The notes under the pieces are model-generated. The model searched no databases and was not told the origin of the DNA. It saw only the letters and a list, made by a program, of their open reading frames with translations. The position numbers and the translations under genes are program-made. Of a stretch of DNA of 64,000 nucleotides, positions 55,398 to 64,000 are shown in pieces (within the stretch, counting starts at the first letter, position 1; each line of letters opens with the position of its first letter). The DNA is from Octopus sinensis (lineage: Eukaryota). The DNA is taken from assembly GCF_006345805.1 (NCBI RefSeq), contig NC_043005.1:61628001-61692000 (forward strand), written 5' to 3'.

Positions 55398-55457
<60 letters not shown>

Positions 55458-55684
55458 CATGTATGCATACATCAATATTCATATAGAGATGTTGATAAAC
55501 ATGTGAATATATGAATACTCATATATGTATATATATTTATTTATTCATACGTATATACAACGTATAACTTAATATGTATATGTATGTGCATGTAAATATA
55601 TATGTGTATACATATATATGTGCATGTTTGTATATACATATATATGTGCGTGTGTGTATATAAATATATATATGTATGTATATG

Positions 55685-55718
<34 letters not shown>

Positions 55719-56424
55719 CATAAATGTGTGTGCGTGTGTGTCTGTGTGTGTGTGCGTGACATAGACAGTGACTTTAAAAGCTCGTCGAAACCTGGATCTT
55801 TGAATCTCAATGAGCATTACAAAGTCCATTGAAAAATCTAATTGGTATCTGAGTAGTAGTTACCTGATGAATGGTGGAAGTACTGCTGGCCTGTTCCTAG
55901 CACTCGAAATAATTGTGCTATTTTCTTAAGCGAAATAACAAATGTGAGTGGAATATCAGTGTAGAGACTTATGGAATAAGCATGAGAAACACATTATCTC
56001 ACACACACCTTTGCTGCTTGGATTATCCCTACCATTTTCTCTCCACTGTTAGGAGATGTTTAGCAGTCCTTTTCTTCCTAACATCAGTTAACTTTTCACA
56101 TCTCAACCAATATTTATAAACGAATTCCTTAGTCTTTTCTGATACATTTTGCAAAGATGATTTCGTTTAAAGCTTTAAAGTCACTGACTATTTTTATATA
56201 TCAATGAAAGGATAAATATTTAACCTTATACTTCTTACGTTGTTTCATTATTATGAAACTATGTTGAATTTCATTGCAACATATATTTGTTAAAGCCTTT
56301 ACATTTCTATACACACGCACACACACTCGCGCACATATATGTATGTATATATATATATATGTGTATGTGTTTGCTTGTGTATATACATATATGTATGTAT
56401 GTGTGCATGTGTATGTATATTATG

Positions 56425-56481
<57 letters not shown>

Positions 56482-56879
56482 CGCCACGCTCTTTTTTTTT
56501 AATTAATCATCCTCAGTAGGTTCCGGAATAAAGTGTGACATTAACAACAAAAACAAAACAGGTGATATGCATAGGATCTGTTTTTTTCCATCAATTTTAA
56601 GAAGTTACTTGACAACAAAAATATCCCCAAACCAAATAAAATAAAACGTTGCATTAATTCGTCATTACATACAGTCGCACTTGAACCGCCTTCGTGAGCC
56701 ATTTTGCTGGAAGGAAAGAGTTTTTCATATTCTTACGTTATCATATTCTCATGTTTGCATCGAGGACTTTTAACAGAAAGATTAATGTTGATTATGTAAT
56801 TAAATCAATTTACCACAAAATTATGTTAATGAAAAATTTTTCAGCATTACACAGATGAGAATTATATGCAGGTACACAG

Positions 56880-57205
56880 TCACTCATATATGTGTATGTG
56901 TGTGTATACATATGTATATATGTATATATATATATGTATATATATATGTATATATATATGTATATATATATATGTATATATATTTATATATGTACATGTG
57001 TATATGCATATATATGCATATTTATATGTACAAATATGTATATATATATACATATATATGTGTGTGTGTGTATATATATACATATATATGTGTGTGTGTA
57101 TATATATATACATATATATATATGCATGTACATATATATATATATATGTATGTATGTATGTTTGTACATATACATATATATATATGTATATATGTATGTT
57201 TGTAC

Positions 57206-57272
<67 letters not shown>

Positions 57273-57284
57273 ATATGTACAATG

Positions 57285-57322
<38 letters not shown>
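56880..57322. repeat. degenerate (TA)/(TG) array
   Basis: Direct reading. Confidence 0.9.
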
Positions 57323-57324
<2 letters not shown>

Positions 57325-59096
57325 TGACAAATGTTCATGGTATTTATATACACATACCAAGTCTATCTTGAAGTTCAAAAGAGCTATGCTTTCAGATATA
57401 CATGGGAAGAATGTATTTTTACACTCATATGTTTGTCTTCATTCATGTGTACATACACATGAGAGTTGGTGTATATACACATAGATGCTAATTTATTCTA
57501 GTGTACATGAATTCACGCACATACATTTATATGTTTGGCAAAAGTAATTTCTGGTGAGAAAGACATTTTCAACTCACATCCGATGTTATATTCCTATATA
57601 TTTCCGTATACATGCTTGCTAAGACAAATATCACCAGATATACAGTATCTGAAGCAAACATTATTTATATAAGCAGTGTTTGTTTGTACTCATAGGCTCT
57701 AAGATTCTATCACTGATATTCTTCCACATTATTATACCAAACAACAGAATTTATAATAGTATCTTTATCACTGACTGATATCATTCTGCTTTAAGTGCAG
57801 TTTCATAAATTAAATCGTTATCGTTATTTACCCTACAAGTCAAATTTCTTACTCAGGTTTAATTCCTGATCACATGGTTTACATTGCTAATGCCCATGAT
57901 GAAGGCATTCATTTCCTATCATAAGTTCAATGAATTTGAGGTTGTATACCTATATATATTAAAAAGAAATCAATATATAAATATAATATAAATAACATCA
58001 ATAACGATACGTTGTTGTTTTTTTATTGGAATTGCTTTCAACTGACTTTTTTTATGGTGTCATACAGATGGATTGAAATACTAATGAAGTTGCAAGTTTC
58101 AGCAACAATTTGGAAGAATACAGCATTCGTCGTTTCTCCTCTTCTTTCGTTTATTTTTTTCACTGTGGCCGTAGACATTCAATGTTGAATTATGCACTCA
58201 GTACGCATACATATACGACAACGTGACTAAATTTACATCGATGAGACTTATATGTACATGTTAGTTCTTTAAACTTAGATACTGGATTTATTTGGCATTA
58301 TTGTGGTGAAGTTAATCAAATACGCTGCACTTCAGCGAGCAGATCAATACACTTTCGTTATATAAAAAAGACGAGCAAAGAGATAGAAACTCAAGCGAGC
58401 CAACGAAATGAATTTAACTAATTTAAGTATGAGGTAGTATACAGAGTAACATGTGCAAATCATGTAAAAGAACTGAAATTTGCCTCTTAGAAAGAAAATT
58501 AAAATCTAGTGGCAATTATCGACTTTTAAGGGAAAGAGGAGATAATTTCAAATAATAATTTATTCTACATACTATTGGATTTTTATTATAAAAGAAGACA
58601 TTTCACTTCTATTGGTAGCCAAAGGGATAGCTACGAACATGCTTAATTCTTTTAACATCTCATCAGAGAAGCATAGTATTCACAAGCCAGCTAAATCAGC
58701 AGATATGTGTATTTATAAGCAATGAAAGAGCTCAACAAATAAGGAAATTATTATCGTCTCTCAGGAAATGTGAAGTTAATTTCAAATAATCATATCATAG
58801 CTAATCTAAATTTCATGCTTAAGAAAGAAATCTGATTTTTGTTAGCAGGCTGGGTAACAGATATGTCCACATTCCGATTTTGTTAGAACTCATTCAGTAT
58901 AAAAAATTCATTTTCAGTGGAATTAAACTGTAAATTTCTTTCATTTATCTCCCCCTTTTCGCTGAGAGTCGCGAACAATAGCAATCACATTTTCTTTCTT
59001 TGCTCTAAGCGGTAAATATCAATGAACTTTTCAATATTTGCCAATAATTTTATAAATGCTGCTATATAGAGCCAGATAAAATTACATACACATTCG

Positions 59097-59127
<31 letters not shown>

Positions 59128-59700
59128 CTATATATGTATGTGTGTGTGTGTGTGTGATATATATACATATATAAATTTGTATGTCAGTAATATCTGTTAT
59201 ACACAGCTATAATTAATTATGCAGGTAAGGATAGTAAAATTAAAAGTATACAACAATTGCATCGAAAATTCAAAAGACTTAAAAATTGCTAAGCTTTTGG
59301 ATTATGTCCTGATAGACAACCTACAAATATATATGTATATATATATATTAATACAATAATATAAGAAATGTATATATTATTAATACGTAATATATAAATG
59401 TATGTGTGTATGTATTCATGCTTATATAGTTATAGGTATATTTCCACAAAATATATAAATATATTGTATATGCATGTATACATAATACTTGCATGTATAA
59501 ATATACGTTATACAGACACACAGACACAGACAGACACATTGACACATACATACACACACACACACACTGATACATACGTATACACACATATATATCCATT
59601 ATATTTACACAATATATATATAAAGGGTGGGGTGTATGCGCGCGTGTGTGTAAGTGTGTGCATATATATATACATATATATATACATATAATATATATAA

Positions 59701-60025
59701 ATTAGAGAAAAACCACTACTATGCAATTCAAACAATGATAGACATAAACCAAATCATAATGAAAAAATAAATATATATTATAAAACATATAACTAGATCA
59801 CAAAAAGTACAAAAATGAATAAACAATATATAATAAGTGATCTAGTTATATGTTTTATAATATATTTTATTTTTTCTTTATGATTTGGTTTATGTCTATC
59901 ATTGTTTGAATTGCATAATAGTAGTTTTTTCTCTAATCATATATATTATATATTTATATTGTGAAATTTGATTTAATACTAAATTGAATTTTTCCCTGTA
60001 AGTTTGGAGTTATACTCCCTAATAT
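59701..60025. repeat. foldback element: 101-bp inverted arms + same tail as 7235-7390
   Basis: Arms 59701-59801 / 59837-59937, 35-bp spacer, tail TTTTCCCTGTAAGTTTGGAGTTATACTCCCTAATATT. Confidence 0.82.
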
Positions 60026-60182
60026 TATTATTATTATTATTATATATACATATATATATATGTATCAGATGTTTCGAATCGTTTTAGCTCAACGTTCGTA
60101 AGGACATGGCAGCATATAAAACAGTGTCGGATCACAGTCAAGAAGATAATATTTAAGCTCAAAGCTGTACTTTAGTCCTTAG

Positions 60183-60223
<41 letters not shown>

Positions 60224-61138
60224 GAAACATATGAAACATATATGATTCTATAACTTTTATTATGGAATTCTTCAACAGTTGAGTACTACGTTTTGGTTGT
60301 TTTGTAAAATTGATATAATACATTATTTTGTTTTGTAATACATATTTCTCGTTTTTGGAACAGTTTTAAACGTGACAATACATATTTACGTTCTGCTGGC
60401 TCTAAATCAAATCGTACTTCTTCACCATTGACAAAATGCCATTTGATTATTCGTAGGCAAGTCAAGCTGAGACAAAGTGTTGTACGATAATTTTTATTGC
60501 GCCTGTACATGAGAAATACTTACGTTATTGCTACTGGTATGATTTTGAGAAAGATTGATAAGAGATCATCGTGTTGGAAGCAACATTTTCAACACAGCAT
60601 ATTGCATTTTTAAAGAGAAATGTTTGTCGTTTACAATTACTTGTTTTGGTGATTTTTTTTCTACAATTAATAATTCTCTGTTAAAAATATTCTTAATTAT
60701 TACTCATTAATAATTAAACCATTTCTTAACAATAATTTCATCACGACATAGTAAAATAAGATGCAAAATTTATTTCGAACAATATTCTTAAATAATTGCT
60801 ACAAGAGAGGAATAGTGGTTTCAATACAACATAACGTACTTTCGTTCATTTTTTACCAGCTTCCCATCAGCTCACCCCAACAAAAGAAATTAGTAAATAT
60901 TTGTAAATTTCTATATAACTATTTATCGAGAGAGATTTGGAGCATCTGGTTTATATCTCATTGTCATACGTATCAATAACTACTTTAAAAATTGTTCTCT
61001 TCACTTTGTATATATATTGAGAAATCTAAAGAAAAAAATAACGTGCATAACCAATCTTTCAATATATATATATATATATACACACATTCATACACACATA
61101 TATATGTACGTATCTCTGAGCGTGTATTTATGTATGTA

Positions 61139-61195
<57 letters not shown>

Positions 61196-61362
61196 GCATG
61201 TATGTGTGAATGGATTAGTAATATAATGTATATAAAAATCTATACAGGTGTATTTGTATTTACATATATATCATATATAAACATACGTATACATACACAT
61301 GAGTATATAGATATATACATGTATATATATATATATGTGTGTGTATACGTAAATTTCATATG

Positions 61363-61401
<39 letters not shown>

Positions 61402-61701
61402 GATAACTTTGATAGGCTTCGGCCAGTATAGGCCCAGGCCATATCTAACTTAATAGTACCAGCATGTATAAATACATACGTATATGTATATGTACGTACG
61501 TTTGTTCTTGCCTAACGAATAAGAGAGAGGTACTTAATTCATATCATGAGGGATATGTGCTATTTTCTTGAAACTGAAACCGAGTGTTTGGCTCATGACT
61601 CAAGTTTCACTCCTCTGCAATTTTCTGAAGAGAACTCGCCTGAAGATCGCAGTGTTGTGAAATTTGAGTCGGGTGCAAACTCAATTTCATTTTCAAGTAT
61701 A

Positions 61702-61769
<68 letters not shown>

Positions 61770-61918
61770 GTGAAATAGAAAGATGAGTAATCTTGTAGCA
61801 GATTAATCAAAAGTTTAACCGATACCTTGGTAGCAAAAATCACAGCAGAAAACAGCCGGTTGGAGGTACAACCATATGGTGTTGCAACCGTGCGTTGGTG
61901 CGGATAATTGAAATTAAA

Positions 61919-62044
61919 ATATTATTGGTGAATTGAAGAAATGGAGCTGAACGAAGATTGAACAGAAATCGTTTTATTTCAGTAGAATGAAATAAAACGA
62001 TTTCTGTTCAATCTTCGTTCAGCTCCATTTCTTCAATTCACTAA

Positions 62045-62050
<6 letters not shown>
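61919..62050. repeat. near-perfect 63-bp-arm hairpin, 6-nt loop
   Basis: 61919-61981 is the reverse complement of 61988-62050 with one mismatch; loop GTAGAA. Confidence 0.9.
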
Positions 62051-62088
<38 letters not shown>

Positions 62089-62094
62089 CATACA

Positions 62095-62125
<31 letters not shown>

Positions 62126-62487
62126 GTATATAAATATATATGTATGTATATATATATATATGTGTGTGTATATATAGAGAGAGAGAGATATATTCGTTCT
62201 ACATAGAGATATAATTTTAATATATATGTGTGAATAGGTATGCATATCTATATGTATATATATATGTGTGTTTGTGTGTGTGTGTATTCAAATATATGCT
62301 TGTACATATATATACATATATATACTTATATATGTACGTACATATTTATATTTACGTATGTATGCATGTATATATTTATAAATATACATATATATATATA
62401 TACATATGTATAATTATATACATACGTGTGTATATATATATATAATGTATATGTATATATACACACATTATATATATATATACATAT

Positions 62488-62573
<86 letters not shown>

Positions 62574-63314
62574 TTCGTTCCACATAGGAATATAATTTAA
62601 ATATTTCAGGAATTTTTTTCCAGTTGTTGAAGTAGCATGGAGATATACATGAAATTATAAGCAAATTGTTTTCAGAGATTATTTTGAGGGGGGCAAAAGG
62701 AGCAAATGAAAAGCAAATGAATCTAAACGCAAAATGAGGGCTATTAAGACACACAGACATTCCAAAGATCATATGATGTCTTTGAAATCGGAGAATACAT
62801 ATCGAAGATTGATTTCAAGCCAAATATATTTTGAGCCTACGAATAGAATACCAAAAAGCACCATCCTGCCAAACATTTACGGTTTTACGTCCTCCGTTGT
62901 GAGGATGACAGTTTCTTTGTTGTATTTTTTGTTTGTCTTTGGGTTTATCTTTTTTTTTATTTTTGTCTTTTGTCTTTCTGTTTGTACCTTGTTGTTGCTT
63001 CGTTCATTAAATAAATCAATCCAATTTCATTCATATTTCTGATAATTTTTTTTTTAAATTTTCTCTATGAAAAGAATTTGAATTTCTAAATTTCCCCATA
63101 CAGCTTCTTTTTTTTTTTACTTCCGATTAAAAAAATTGCTCGAGCAGCGAATGAAATTCCTTCTGGTATTTAGATATATTTCCATTTGGCTTCGCATTTC
63201 ATATCTCTGAGGAAAGGATCCATAATGTACCAGCCAGACTCTAAAGATCACTTAAGTGGATAACACACCTCCAAAGACAGACTGTGTGCCGAAGTCAGTG
63301 ATAAAAGAATTTAA

Positions 63315-63319
63315 TATTA

Positions 63320-63374
<55 letters not shown>

Positions 63375-63643
63375 CACCATCATTATTATTATTGTCATCA
63401 TCATTATCATCATTATTAACATCATCATCATCATCAAATTTGAGAAGTAGTGTACGACAGAATCACTAGAGCGCGAGTTTTTTCGGGGTTTTTTTTTTAC
63501 GTTTGCATTCTAAGTTTCATTCTTCCAAGGTCAACTTTGCCTCTCATCCCCTCTGCATCGACAAAATAAAGTACCAATATCGAGGCAATCGACTTACCCC
63601 TCCTCCCAAAATTGCTGACCTTGTGCCACAATAAGAAAGTATA

Positions 63644-63696
<53 letters not shown>

Positions 63697-63756
63697 CATT
63701 TAGCCTTCTTCCAAAATTTGAAATCATTATTATAATTATCATTATTACTATAATTA

Positions 63757-63826
<70 letters not shown>
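63315..63826. repeat. (ATT)n/(ATC)n trinucleotide tracts surrounding a SINE B remnant
   Basis: Direct reading; other (ATT)n tracts at 721-780, 19375-19638 and 29177-29272. Confidence 0.9.
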
Positions 63827-63827
<1 letters not shown>

Positions 63828-64000
63828 TCTGTCGGTGTTACAGGTGTTTTATTTCACTCTGTTTATTTTTTGATAGTTTGTCTTTGTTAGGGATTTGTTA
63901 TTGTTGATTGTTCCCTTTTGTTACGGAACCGGCCTCAACAATAAAGAGCTAATCGGTTTCATTTGATTTTCGTCCTCATGGGGCTATATTCCCAAAAACG

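Noticed and set aside
55864-55925. Hammerhead-like CUGAUGAA...CGAAA
   Set aside because: No stem I complementarity and irregular stem II; at most a decayed PLE remnant.
58430-58450. let-7 microRNA (TGAGGTAGTA)
   Set aside because: Only the first 10 nt match, and no precursor hairpin is present.

Overview
AT-rich, microsatellite-saturated eukaryotic DNA. The repeat landscape (tRNA-derived SINEs, R4/Dong-like LINEs, Penelope-like elements, long (TA)n/(TAGA)n/(TACA)n arrays) looks like an octopus/coleoid cephalopod genome; the species is an inference. The only solid protein-coding gene is a + strand, 5'-partial Cys-loop ligand-gated ion channel subunit of the nicotinic acetylcholine receptor family. 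Its four in-frame exons (26656-26700, 38521-38630, 47298-47827, 53747-54264) give 400 aa. It keeps the Cys-loop and a cation-type pore (GER at -2' to 0') but has lost the loop A Tyr, loop D Trp and loop C vicinal cysteines, and loop C is shortened, so it is probably not a conventional ACh-binding subunit. The signal-peptide and second exons were not located. The most unusual non-coding signal is two separate elements (about 23300-23750 and 38960-39660). Each carries a type I hammerhead-ribozyme fold on the - strand at the tip of a ~140-150 nt stem, and each has direct repeats exactly 350 bp apart, as expected for retrozyme-like (circular RNA-forming) elements. One has a U3-A8 compensatory core. 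A third, minimal hammerhead sits in an adjacent Penelope-like palindrome. Also present: stacked R4/Dong-like LINE ends at (TAA)n tracts, a mariner fragment, a TA-flanked MITE and three foldback hairpins embedded in (TA)n. Nearly all other ORFs in the supplied track are microsatellite artefacts.
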